Origin: Malacoraja senta | Lineage: Eukaryota | Direction of reading: 5' to 3' | Length of the DNA: 64,000 nt | NCBI GenBank assembly: GCA_038087875.1 | Contig: JAXLNO010004157.1 | Location: 62,001 to 126,000 of the forward strand | Shown: positions 22,403-34,169 of the stretch, piece by piece | Numbering within the stretch: position 1 is the stretch's first letter | Layout: each line of letters opens with the position of its first letter | Notes under the pieces: generated by a model | Database searches by the model: none | Told to the model about the DNA's origin: nothing | What the model saw: the letters and a program-made list of their open reading frames with translations, nothing else | Made by a program: the position numbers and the translations under genes

Positions 22403-22663
22403 TCGAGATACCATGTTGCTGTTGGTAGACTATCTCAGCATTTCCTCTGACAATCCCATGAAAACCTGCAACTGTGATGGCCATTGAATCCCAGTGATCC
22501 TGCGGGAAAGACTGGGCCATCCATCGCTGTCTGGCAACAGCCCGCTCTAGTGTGCTGTCAAAATATGCTATCTGGAGGTCATCCAGCATTGCTACCATAC
22601 TGTACTCAGGCAGCACACTCAATCCATGGTTCAACAGGTAGTAAAATGCAAGATGGTGAAAAT
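22403..22663 (-). CDS. MHC class I-like alpha1 exon, 261 nt
   Basis: ttgcag|AT...TCG A|gtaagt; DFHHLAFYY..LPEYSMVAMLDDLQIAYFDS..RQRWM..DHWD. Confidence 0.9.
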
Positions 22664-22855
22664 CTGCAATGCATAAACAAAAATAAGTATGATTGTATCA
22701 TTCACTGAAAATAACTAACAGTTATTAATGCTAAAACTGATAACAATACAATAACTTTGAATAAGGGAGTCACAAGGACCTGCAGATGCAAGTGCTGGAG
22801 GAACTCAGTGGGGCAGGCAGCATCAATGATCAGGTGACAATTTGTGTCAGGAGCC

Positions 22856-23170
22856 TTTAGTTTAGTTTCTAGCTTAGAGATACAGCATGGAAACAGGCCC
22901 TTCGGGCCACTGAGTCCACACTGACCAGCAACCCCCACACGCTAACACTATCCTACACACACAAGGGACAATTTACATTCTACGCCAAGTCAATTAATCT
23001 ACAAACCTGTACGTCATGGAATGTGGGAAGAATCTGAAGATCTCAGGAAAAACCCACCCGGTCAGGTGGAGAATGTACAAACTCCATACAGACAGGACCC
23101 GTTGTCAGGATCCAACCTGGGCATTGGTGCTGTAAGGGCGATAAGGCACCATCTCTAATGCTGCACCATT
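22856..23170 (-). repeat. HE1-like SINE
   Basis: Reverse complement of core and tttagtttagttt tail. Confidence 0.75.
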
Positions 23171-23759
23171 GAGCCTTCTTCAAGAGTTGGCTAGATGGGC
23201 TCTGATACCTATTCCACCAATTGTGGTCGAGGTATTGAATGATCCTATTGGATTGCTTCCCATCTTCAAAGATCTATTATTATCTATCATGTCGATATAG
23301 CCTACTAGTTACAATATTCCAAAATTCAAAGAATATTTTATTATATTAAGAAAATGGACAACGTCAAGGAGATTTTATAAAATCATAGAGAGGTAAAGTC
23401 AAAGAGTCATACAGCAGGGAATCAGGACCTACGGCTGAATGGCCTAATTCAATCATGGCTGCTCTATCTCGCCCTCTCAACCACATTCCCTGCTTTCGCC
23501 CCATAACCCTTGACACCCATACTGATCAAGAATCTGTCAATATCCACCTGAGAAATATCCATTGACGTGGGCTCCAAGGCTGTCTGAGGAGGCCCATATC
23601 CTTTTAAACCTATCTATCCATGTACCAGATTAAATGTTTCTTAAATGTTGCGATAGTACCTGCCTGAACTCCCTTCTCCGGCAGTTCATTCAGTACTCCC
23701 ACCACAGCTATGCCTCTGGTTCTTATTAAATCTTTCCCCCCTCATTTTAAACTTATGTA

Positions 23760-26175
23760 TTCATTTTTTGCCCATTTTGGTTTCACCATGTAGAAATTAC
23801 AGCTGTGTTTATACATAGTCCCCCCCATTTCAGGGCACAATAATGTTTGGGACATGGCTTCGCAGATGTATGTAATTGCTCAGGGGTATTTAAATGCCTC
23901 CTTAATGCAGGTATAAGAGAACTCAGCATCTAGTCTTTCCTCCAGTCTTTCAATCACCTTTGGAAACTTTTATTGCTGTTCATCAACAGGAGGACCTGAG
24001 TTGTGCCAATGAAAGTAAAAGAGACCATTATAATAATAATAACTTTATTTATAGAGCACTTTAAAAACAACCACAGTTGCAACAAAGTGCTGTACATGAC
24101 TAATCATGGACAAGAAATTATTACATAACAATAAAAATATTAAACGAAAGAGTAAAAACAATAAAATTAAAAACATTAAAAGCACTTAAAACAGGAGCAA
24201 AGTCTCAAGCAGTGTCAAAAGCCAAGGAATATAAATGTGTTTTAATACTGGTTTTGAAGATGGACAGTGAGGGGGCCTGTCTGATGTGCAACGGCAAGGT
24301 GTTCTAGAGTGCTGGAGCAGCAACAGAGAAGGCTCTATCCCCTCTGAGCTTCCGCTTAGACCTCGGTACCTCCAGGAGCAGCTGATCAGCTGACCTGAGG
24401 CACCGGGCAGGAGCGTATGGGTGGAGCAGTTCAGAGAGGTAAGGCGGGGCGAGCCCATTTAGAGATTTAAAAACAAATAAAAGAATTTTAAAATGAACCC
24501 GAAAGTGCACCGGGAGCCAGTGTAGGGAGGCCAGAATTGGCGTTGTGTGCTCCCTCTTTCGAGTTCCAGATAAAAGGCGAGCAGCAGCATTTTGAACCAA
24601 CTGGAGACGAGCCAGTGAAGATCGTGCAACTCCAAAATAGAGTGCGTTACAGTAATCCAGCCTAGATGTAATAAAGGCATGGATTACTGTTTCAAAATGC
24701 TGCTGCTCGAGAATGGGCTTCACCTTTGCCAGCTTCCTTAGGTGAAAGAAGCTGGACTTAACCACCGCGCCTATTTGATGATCTAATTTAAAATCACTGT
24801 CCATCCTAAAACCTAGGTTCAAAACTGTTGACTTCACGTACCGTGCCAGTGGACCCAAGTCAACAAGGGGAGGTTCACGGCAGCCATTGGGGCCAAACAA
24901 TATCACCTCTGTCTTCTTTATGAGACTGAGAAACAAGAATAAAACTGTTCGAGACATCAGCCAAACCTTAGGCTTACCAAAATCAAACTGTTTGGAACAT
25001 CATTAAGAAGAAAGAGAGCACTGTGAGCTTACTAATCGCAAAGAGACTGGCAGGCCAAGGAACACCTCCACAGCTGATGACAGAAGACTTCTCTCTATAA
25101 TAAAGACAAAACCCCAATCCTTTACTAATCACAAAGGGACTGACAGGTCAGAAACACTCATCAGGAGTCAGGTGTGGATTTGCCAATGACCACTGTCCGC
25201 AGAAGACTTCATGAACAGAAATACAGAGGCTGCACTGCAAGATGCAAACCACTGTTTAGCCGCAAAAACAGGATGGCCGGGTTACAGTTTGCCAAGAAGT
25301 ACTTAAAAGAGCAACCACAGTTCTGGAAAAAGGTCTTCTGGTCAGATGATACAAAGATTAACATATCAGAGTGATGGCAAGAGCAAAGTATGGAGGAGAG
25401 AAGGAACTGCCCTAGATCCAAAGCAGACCACCTCATCTGTGAAACACGGTGGTGGGGGTGTTGTGGGCTGGGCATGTATGGCTGCTGAAGGTACTGGCTA
25501 ACTTAGCTTTGTTGACCATTCAGCTACTGATGGTAGCAGCATAATGAATTCTGAAGTGTATAGACACATCCTATATGCTCAAGTTCAAACACATTGGCCT
25601 CAAAACACATTGCCCAGCGATTCATACTACAGCAAGACAATGATCCCTAAAGCAACAAAGGAGTTTTTCAAAGCTAAAAAATTGTTAATTCTTGAGTGGC
25701 CAAGTCAATCACCCGATCTGAACACAACTGAGCATGCCTTTGATATGCCAAAGAGAAAACTGAATGGGGACTAGCCCCCAAAACAAGCACAGGCTGCAAT
25801 ACAGGCCTGGCAGAGCATCGCCAGAGAAGTCACCCAGCAACTGGCGATGTCCATGAATCACAGACTTCAAGCAGTCATTGCATGCAAAGGATATGCAACA
25901 AAATACTAAGCATGACTACTTTCATTTACATGACATTGCTGTGTCCCAAACATTATGGTGCACTAAAATGGGGCAGACTATGTATTTTGTGTAAATTGAC
26001 TGCTGTAATTTCTACATGGTGAAACCAAAATGATTAAAAAATTGCCTTTTTAAAAATCTGACAATGTGCACTTTAACCACATGTGATTTTTTTCTATTAC
26101 AAATCTCAAATTATGGAGTACAGAGGCAAATAAATAAATGATGGGTCTTTGTCCGAAACATTATGGAGGTCACAG
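23760..26175 (+). mobile_element. Tc1-family DNA transposon (long IR/DR-type TIRs), decayed; left TIR lacks its outer part
   Basis: Paired-like HTH (SQTLGLPKS), WSDDTK, KHGGG, WPSQSPDLN motifs across frameshifts; repeated ataatgtttgggaca in TIRs; right end cacag|TA at 26175. Confidence 0.88.
24031..24917 (-). mobile_element. 5'-truncated L2-clade LINE inserted in the Tc1 transposase
   Basis: ORF 24304-24957 HAFITSRLDYCN, LQLVQNAAAR, LHWLPV; (TTA)n tail; Tc1 coding rejoins accatta|tgagact. Confidence 0.88.
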
Positions 26176-26614
26176 TATGTACGATCAATTCACACTGGCC
26201 AATTTACCTCTCAGCCCAGGCATCTTTGGAATATTGGGAGAAACTGGAATAACCAGAGGAAGCACACATGGTTTCAGGGAAAGAATAAAAATGCCACACA
26301 GGTTGTAGTAGAGATCGGGATTGAGTCCAGGTCCTCATAAGCACCATCTCTATGAGCTGCAACCCTGAAACGCCCATCTGGTGGGAAATCTCTGCATGGA
26401 ATGGGACACTTCTGACTTATGAGGACATTGGGATTCTGTAAATCGGAGCAGTAAGTGTAAAGAAGACCTTACTTGTGAGTCCCGACTATCAAGGCTTGGG
26501 TGGGGTGGGGGGGGGGGTGGATGGGGGGGTGGGGGTGGGGGGGTGGTTGTGGGAGGGTGTCAATGTATGACTTGGTCTGGGAGGAGACTATAATAAACAG
26601 GGTCTAAACTGAAA

Positions 26615-27165
26615 CTTGACACAACATACTGGAGTAACTCAGTGGGTCAGGCAGCATCTCCGGAGAAAAGGAAAAGGTGACGTTTCGGGTCGAGACCCTT
26701 CTTCAGACTGAGAATCAGGAGACAGGGAACCAAGCGATACGAAAAGGTACATAGAACAAATTAATAAAAGATATACCCCCGACTTTGTCTGAAGAAGTCC
26801 CTTGACCTGAAACGCCATCTATTCCTTTTCTCCAGCGATGCTGCCTGACTTCCTGATTTACTCCAGCTTTTTGTGTCTATCTTCAGTGTAAACCAGCATC
26901 TGCATCACCAGTCTGAAGAAGGGTCTAGACCCAAAACATCACCCATTTCGTCTCTCCAGAGATGCTGCCTGTCCCGCTGAGTTACTCCAGCTTTTTGTGT
27001 CTATCTTCGGTTTAAATCAGCATCTGCAGTTCCTTCTTACACATCTAAACTGATGTCTAAACTGAAACATCACCTATCCATGTTGTCCCGACATACTGCC
27101 TGACCTGCTGAATTACTCCAGCATTTTATGTGTATTAACCAGCATCTGCATTTTCTTGTTTCTAC
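26615..27165. repeat. Cluster of Penelope pLTR units: one minus copy then three tandem plus copies
   Basis: Recurrent gagatgctgcctg..ctgagttactccagc...ccagcatctgca unit of ~125 bp. Confidence 0.75.
26676..26708 (-). ncRNA. Minimal type I hammerhead ribozyme-like motif, core intact
   Basis: Minus strand GU CUGAAGA A GGGU CUCG ACCC GAAAC GUC ACC; helix I only 2 bp, activity untested. Confidence 0.6.
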
Positions 27166-27294
27166 ATGAATAAGCAGTATTTGTTCTGTGATTAAGTTTA
27201 CATGCAGCACACCAGACAGTGTCAAAGTTCAGTGTCAAAGTGAGGTGAGAAGGGGCCCCAAAGGGAGAGTTAGAAGTGTCTGTTTCAGTCTTAC

Positions 27295-27343
27295 CAGGAG
27301 AAACATAAGAAGGCTAGTGGAATACAGTAATGATAAAATCCAT
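27295..27343 (-). CDS. Candidate leader exon of the MHC-like gene with premature TAG
   Basis: ATG...CCT G|gtaaga, 49 nt, phase 1: MDFIITVFH*PSYVSP; TATA and kB-like motifs upstream. Confidence 0.45.
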
Positions 27344-27380
27344 GTGACTTCCCAAAACAATCCACAGCCAAGGATTTTTG

Positions 27381-27414
27381 TTTTATATGTTATTATTTCA
27401 ACAGGGGAATCGCC
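27381..27414 (-). promoter_or_regulatory. TATA box (TATAAAA 27387-27381) and kB-like site GGCGATTCCCC (27414-27404)
   Basis: About 40 nt upstream of the candidate ATG; one mismatch to the class I enhancer A site GGGGATTCCCC. Confidence 0.4.
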
Positions 27415-27844
27415 ATTATATTTACTGTCATCTGATAACAATGGGATTAAACTTTCAGGACGAGTAGGTTTGTAATCTCCAAGCCTTGACGATTGTCAGA
27501 ACAGTTAGAAAGGAAGCATTGTGTGGGAAGAAATTGCTCATCAGATTCCCATTAAATCTTCCCCCCCCCCCTCAATTTAAACCTATGTCTTCTGGTTCTC
27601 GATTCTGTAATCTGTTGAATATGTTGCCCACATGAACATTTCCAGATTGAGATTGATATATTTTTGTTCATTAAGGGTGTAATGGGTTAGAGCTGAGCCA
27701 CAATGTCTGTGCCGAACATGATGTGAAGTTAAACTAAACTCTTCATGCTTGTACATGATTCATATCCCTCAAGTCCCTACATATCCACGTGCCTATCCTC
27801 AAGCTTCTTAAATCTCATTATCGTCTTCTGGGGAAGTCGTGGAT

Positions 27845-30702
27845 AGAGCATGGATTGACACCTGGAAGTATGATGTTGTGGCGATCAGTGAAACATGGTT
27901 GCAGGAGGGCTGTGATTGGAAACTAAATATTCCAGGATTTCGTTGCTTCAGGGGTGATAGAATTGGAGGGGCAAGAGATGGGGGTGTTGCATTGCTTGTC
28001 AAGGAAGATATTACAGCAGTGCTTTGGCAGGATAGAGTAGAGGGCTCGTCTAGGGAGGTTATTTGGGTGGAACTGAGAAATGGGAAAGGTGTAGCAACAC
28101 GTATAGGGGTGTATTATAGACCACCAAAGGGGAGCGAGAATTGGAAGAGCAAATATGTAACGAGATAGCAGATATTAGTAGTAAGCACAAGGTAGTGATT
28201 GTGGGAGATTTCAATTTTCCACACTTAGACTGGGAAACACATTCTGTAAAAGGGCTGGATGGTTTGGAGTTGTAAAATGTGTGCAGGATAGTTGTTTGCA
28301 GCAATACATAGAGGTACCTACTAAAGAAGGGGCAGTGCTGGACCTCCTGTTAGGAAATGAGACAGGGCAGGTGGCGGAGGTAGGCGTTGGGGAGCACTTC
28401 GGGTCCAGTGATCACAATACCATTAGTTTCAATATAATTATGGAGAGGGTCAGAACTGGACCTAGGGTTAAGATTTTTGTTTGGAGAAAGGCTAACTTTG
28501 AGGAGATGCGAAAGGATTTAAAAGGAGTGAATTGGGACATGTTGTTTTATGGGAAGGATGTAGTAGAGAAATGGAGGTCATTTAAAGGTGACATTTTAAG
28601 AGTACAGAATCTTTATGTCCCTGTGCGGTTGAAAGGAAATAGTAAAAATTGGAAAGAACCATGGTTTTCAAGGGAAATTGGACAATTGGTTCGGAAAAAG
28701 AGAGACATCTACAATAATTATAGGCACCATGGAGTAAATGAGGTGCTTGAGGAGTATAAAGAATGTAAAAAGAATATTAAGAAATAAATTAGAAAAGCTA
28801 AAAGAAGATATGAGGTTGCTTTGGCAAGTAAGGTGAAAGTAAATCCAAAGGGTTTCTACAGCTATATTAATAGCAAAATGATAACAAGGAATAAAATCGG
28901 TCCATTAGAGAGTCAGGGTGGACAGCTATCTGCAGAGCCAAAAGAGATGGGGGAGATATTGAACAATTTCTTTTCGTCGGTATTCACCAAGGAGAAGGAT
29001 ATGGAATTATGTGAGCTAAGGGAAACAAGCAGAGTAGCAATGGAAACTATGAGATTCAAAGAAGAGGAGGTGCGGACACTTTTGAAAAAATATGAAAATG
29101 TATAAGTCTCCAGGTCCTGACAGGATATTTTCTAGGACAGTGAGGGAAGTTAGTGTAGAAATAGCAGGGGCTATGACAGAAATATTTCAAATGTCATTAG
29201 AAACGGGAATAGTGCCGGAGGATTGGCGTACAGCGCATGTTGTTCAAAAAGGGTTGTGAGAGTAAACCTAGCTATTATAGACCTGTTAGTTTGACGTCAG
29301 TGGTGGGCAAATTAATGGAAAGGATGCTTAGAGATAATATATATGAGCATCTGGATAAGCAGGGTCTGATTAGGAACAGTCAACATGGATTTGTGCCTGG
29401 AATGTCATGTTTGACTAATCTTCTTGAATTTTTCGAAGAGGTTACTAGGGAAATTGATGAGGGTAAAGCAGTGGATGTTGTCTATATGGACTTCAGTAAA
29501 GCCTTTGACAATGTTCCTCATGGAAGGTTGGTTAAGAAGATTCAATTGTTGGGTATTAATGGTGGAGTAGCAAGATGGATTCAAGAGTGGCTGAATGGGA
29601 GATGCCAGAGAGTAATGGTGGATGGCTGTTTGTCAGGTTGGAGGCCGGTGACCAGTGGGGTGCCTCAGGGGTCTGTGTTGGGTCTACTGTTGTTTGTCAT
29701 GTACATCAATGATCTGGATGATGGTGTGGAAAATTGGATTAGTAAGTATGCAGATGATACTAAGATAGGTGGTGTTGTGGATAATCAAGTAGATTTTCAA
29801 AGTCTACAGAGAGATTTAGGCCATTTGGAAGAGTGGGCTGAAAGATGGCAGATGGAGTTTAATGCTGATAAAGGTGAGGTGCTACATCTCGCCAGGACAA
29901 ATCAAAATAGGACATACATGGTAAATGGTAGCGAATTGAGGAATGCAGTTGAACAGAGGGATCTAGGAATAACTGTGCATAGTTCCCTGAAGGTGGAATC
30001 TCATGTAGATAGGGTGGTAAGAAAGTTTTTGGTTTGCTGGCCTTTATAAATCAGAGCATTGAATATTGAATTTGGGATGTAATGTTAAAATTGTACAAGG
30101 CATTGGTGAGGCCAATTCTGGAGTATGGAGTACAATTTTGGTCGCCTAATTATAGGAAGGATGTCAACAAAATAGAGAGAGTACAGAGGAGATTTACTAG
30201 AATGTTGCCTGGGTTTCAACAACTAAGTTACAGAGAAGGGTTGAACAAGTTAGGTCTTTATTCTTTGGAGCGCAGAATGTTAAGGGGGGGCTTGATAGAG
30301 GTCTTTAAAATGATGAGCGGGTTAGACAGAGTTGACGTGGATAAGCTTTTCCCATTGAGAGTAGGGAAGATTCAAACAAGGGGACATGACTTGAGAATTA
30401 AGGGACAGAAGTTTAGGGGGAACATTAGGGGGAACTTCTTTACTCAGAGAGTGGTAGCTGTGTGGAATGAGCTTCCAGTGGAAGTGGTGGAGGCAGGTTC
30501 GATTTTATCCTTTAAAAATAGATTGGATGGGTATATGGACGAGAAAGGAATGGAAGGATATGGTCTGAGTGCAGGTAGATGGGACTAGGGGGAAGTAAGA
30601 AGAAAGAAGGGGGAAGAAAAAAAAAGTGTTCGGCACGGACTTGAAGGGCCGAGATGGCCTCTTTCCGTGCTGTAATGGTTATATGGTTATATGGTTATAT
30701 GG
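27845..30702 (+). mobile_element. CR1 LINE, most of ORF2 (APE and RT), frameshifted, (GTTATATG)n tail
   Basis: VVAISETWL, GVYYRPP, GDFNFP, YRPVSLTS, SGVPQGSVLG, KYADDTK in successive ORFs. Confidence 0.93.
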
Positions 30703-30949
30703 AAGTGGTGGTGGGGTAATGGATAGGGTCTGTAGGACAGGAAGCATGTAACAAACAACAAGATGGCAACAACATTAACACAACATTGATTGGTCATTTA
30801 ATGCAGGCTGAATTTTACCATCATGTGGCTGTCTAACACCAGCTGAGGAAATCTTGGAGAGGTGGAACACCTACTAATGCAGAAGTCACTTCTTTATTGA
30901 AAGTGCACATCGCCGGTTTACCTGAATTCTGTCTGAGGTATTAGTGCAA

Positions 30950-31320
30950 GAACAGATTGGACAAACATGGATTGTTTTCTCTTGTATACTGGAGGTTGAA
31001 GGGAGACCTGATGAAAGTGCACAACATGGTAAGAGGCACAGACAGAGTGGACAGCCAGAACCTTTTTCCAAGGGTGGAAATGTTGAAGACCAGAGAACAT
31101 CACTTTAAGGTTGGAGAGGCAATGTTCAAAGGAGATGAGCGGAGCAAGTTGTTTTATGTGGAGGGTGGTGGACATCTGTAACGCGCTGCCAGTGGTGGTG
31201 ATGGTGGTGGCAGATATAACAGTTACATTTCAGAGGCTTTTAGATAGGTACATAGATAGGCAGGGAATGGCCGGATACAGATCACATACAGGTAGAGGAG
31301 ATTAGTTTATTTTGTTCGGC
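30950..31320 (+). mobile_element. Old CR1 3' fragment
   Basis: DKHGLFSLVYWRLKGDLMKV; CR1 3'UTR. Confidence 0.7.
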
Positions 31321-31401
31321 ACAGACATTGTGGGCCGAAGGTAGACACAAAATGCTGGAGTAACTCAGCGGGGCAGGCAGCATCTCTGGAGAAAAGGAAT
31401 A

Positions 31402-31434
31402 GGTGACGTTTCAGGTCGAGACCCTTCTTCAGAC
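31402..31434 (-). ncRNA. Second hammerhead-like motif with intact core (one G.U in helix II) within a pLTR at ~31322-31440
   Basis: Minus strand gtctgaagaagggtctcgacctgaaacgtcacc. Confidence 0.5.
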
Positions 31435-32159
31435 TGAAGGACTGAAGGACCTGCTCCTATGCTGTATTGTCCTATGTTCTATGTTCATTATTTCCCTGTA
31501 TTCAGTTCCTCTGTTCAATGGATTGCCAAGGTAACCATAGTATATATAACTTCCCACAGGAGCTTTTACAACTCAGGAATGACCGTTACCCAAAATTATT
31601 AATACATTCAATTCAATCATTCAATTAATACATCCAAGACAATGTACCCAGGGCAAACACAGGTACTGTGCAACAGTAAATAGAATCAGTTTTGTTGTTT
31701 CCTCAAAGTTCACAAGTAGAAGGAGCATTGTTTACCAGAGGAGACAGTGGCCACACCGTAAGTGTTGAGTAAGGTAAAAAGAAGCATGTTTAACAGCCGC
31801 CCACAACAATATTTAACCAGCAGAGTAAATGCAGCAACAGTAACTTAATCTCTTGCACTTTTTTAACAGAACTCTGGTGTGAAGCTAATTATTGGTCCAT
31901 GTATACACAAACCTGATAACTAGATCCAATGGGAATGAGACCACTTGTTCTGGTCACTAATTGCCAGTGAATACAGTTTCAGGATCAGGTTTTATGGTAG
32001 GGATTATATTGGTGTTTTAAGGACAACAATTACAAAATCATATTTCACATAGCATCTTACAACCGAATAGATGTTTCTCAAAGTATAACTATTTTACAAT
32101 TCAGAATGCAGTCAATTCCACAAACTGCAGTTTTAGATAAACCAGATAGTCTACTTTCC

Positions 32160-32350
32160 TGTGTAGGAAGGAACTGCAGATGCTTGTTTTACTGTAGGCA
32201 GATGCAAAAAGCAGGAGTAACTCAGCGGGTCAGGCAGCATTTCTGGGGAAAAGGAATAGGTGACATTTCGGGAAGGGTCTCGACACAAATCGTCACCTTT
32301 TCCTTTTTCCCAGAAGTGCTGCCTGACCTGCTGAGTTACTCCAGCTTTTT
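32160..32350. repeat. Palindromic dimer of Penelope pLTR fragments
   Basis: ggagtaactcagcgggtcaggcagca...ggtgac versus gtcacc...tgctgcctgacctgctgagttactcc. Confidence 0.7.
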
Positions 32351-33069
32351 AGAAGCATAGAAAATAGGTGCAGGAGGAGGCCATTCGGCCCTTCGAGCCA
32401 GCACCGCCATTCATGGTGATCATGGCTGATCGTCCCCAATCAATGCCTGCCTTCTCCCCATATCCCTTGATTCCACCAGCCCCTAGAGCTCCATCTAACA
32501 TTTTTGTGTCTCTCTTTAGTCCACTTTGTTATTGCTTAAGTAATAAAAATTGGACAATGCATGTGTAATAATTTCCCAGCCCTTATTTGAGGTAATACCA
32601 TGCGTCTTTTTTTTCAGCTGGGAGGAGAGACATGAGCTCAGTTTAAAGTTGTGTCTAGGTGTAAATGTGCAGCGCCGTCTCAACATCAGCGCAGAAATCT
32701 CTCATTGAGCCTTCTGTTAATACATGGCCCTTTACACCATATCCCACTCACCTGAAAGCTATGATCTCCATTACTTTATATTTACACCCTGTGGAAAAGG
32801 TTCTGACTCTCTATCCCATCTATGCCTCTCATAATTTTATATACTTGTATCAACCTCCAGTATTCTAGCGATTACAATCTAAGTCTGTCCAACCTCTCCT
32901 AGCTAATATCTAATCTGTGCATCATTCTGGCAAACCACCTCTGCACTAATTCCATGCTTCCAAATTCATCCTGCATTGGGGCAACCAGAAATGGCGATAA
33001 TATTCTTATTGTGGCCTATCTGAAGTTCTATTCTCCGACCAGTCTGACTGTCCCCCTGATTAAACATTA

Positions 33070-33300
33070 TCTATGTATGCTTCGTTCACACCTACTCCTA
33101 GCTAACAATGATCTATTCTACATTTTCCTTGTACTACACCTCCTTTGATGTCATTCTTTCATACCTTACACTTCCTTATCTCCATGTCTCCCTTTCCTCT
33201 TCAGCCTGAAGGGACTCAACTAGAAATGTCAGCCATTCCTTCTATCCAGAGATGCTGCCTGTCCCACTGAGTTACTACAGCATTTTGTGTCTATCTTTGA
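33070..33300 (+). repeat. Penelope 3'UTR/pLTR fragment, degraded
   Basis: Similar to 2055-2335. Confidence 0.6.
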
Positions 33301-33514
33301 AGTTCCATAAAGCAGCATATGACTTCCTGACTCTCACACTCAATGCTATGAATAGTGGCTTCTTTACCACTCTGGCTTTCATTTGATTGAAGGCGGAAAG
33401 GAGCCAAACAATTATACGGCAAAAAATCTCTGTGGTGGGACTGGAACAGAATTTTTTTTTAAAGCAATAAAATCAAGGATATTGTTCATAAAAAAGTAAA
33501 ATATTTATTGTCCC

Positions 33515-33985
33515 AGTATGGCAGGACTAACATGTGATGAAAGAATGGACTGACTGGGCTTATATTCACTGGAATTTAGCATGACAGGGGATCTTATAGA
33601 CGCACATAAAATTCTTTAGGGATTGGACAGTTAGATGCAGGAAAAATGTTCCCGATATTGGGGGAGTCCAGAACCAGGGGTCACAGTTTACGAATTGGTC
33701 TCCACTGCCTTCTGTGGCAGTGGAGACCAATTAGGGCCAGTAGGCCATTTAGGACTGAGATGAGGAAAAACATGTTCACCCAGATTGTTGTGAATCTGTG
33801 GAATTCTCTGCCACAGAAGGCAGTGGAGACCAATTCACTGGATGTATTCAAGAGAGAGTTAGATCTTAGGGCTACAGAATCAAGGAATATGGGGAGAAAG
33901 CAGGAACAGGGTACTGATTCTGGATGCTCAGCCATGATCATATTGAATGACGGTGCTGGCTTGAAGGGCCTAATGGTCTACTACT
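33515..33985 (+). mobile_element. CR1 3' fragment with internal fold-back insertion
   Basis: MFPILGESRTRGHSLRI...FRTEMRKNMFTQ..NLWNSLPQ. Confidence 0.82.
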
Positions 33986-34169
33986 GCACCTGCTTTCTAC
34001 GTTTCTAATCAGTGCTGCAGATGGATTGTTAAACGTCCATTCTTTTCAAAGTTCTGCCCCAGTGACTAAAATGCAACAGGTTATTCATGCCGAGGAATTT
34101 GAAGTTCTTCACCATTCCCACTTCAGCACTCGCACTTCTACACTATTGATTCTGACTTCAATGTTTCAA

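Larger units (their letters stand above)
9410..27343 (-). pseudogene. Non-classical MHC class I-like gene (gene model; possibly pseudogenised allele)
   Basis: Five phase-1 exons of 49+261+282+276+230 nt (366 codons with stop) with AG/GT boundaries. Candidate leader has in-frame TAG and alpha2 C164 codon is CGT, so functional status is uncertain. Confidence 0.7.

Noticed and set aside
18898-22663. Class II or W-category MHC chain
   Set aside because: Two groove-domain exons followed by one C1 exon is class I architecture.
31709-31757. Orphan plus-strand 49-nt exon (cctcaaag|...|gtaagt)
   Set aside because: No recognisable peptide and no partner exons; such signal pairs arise by chance.
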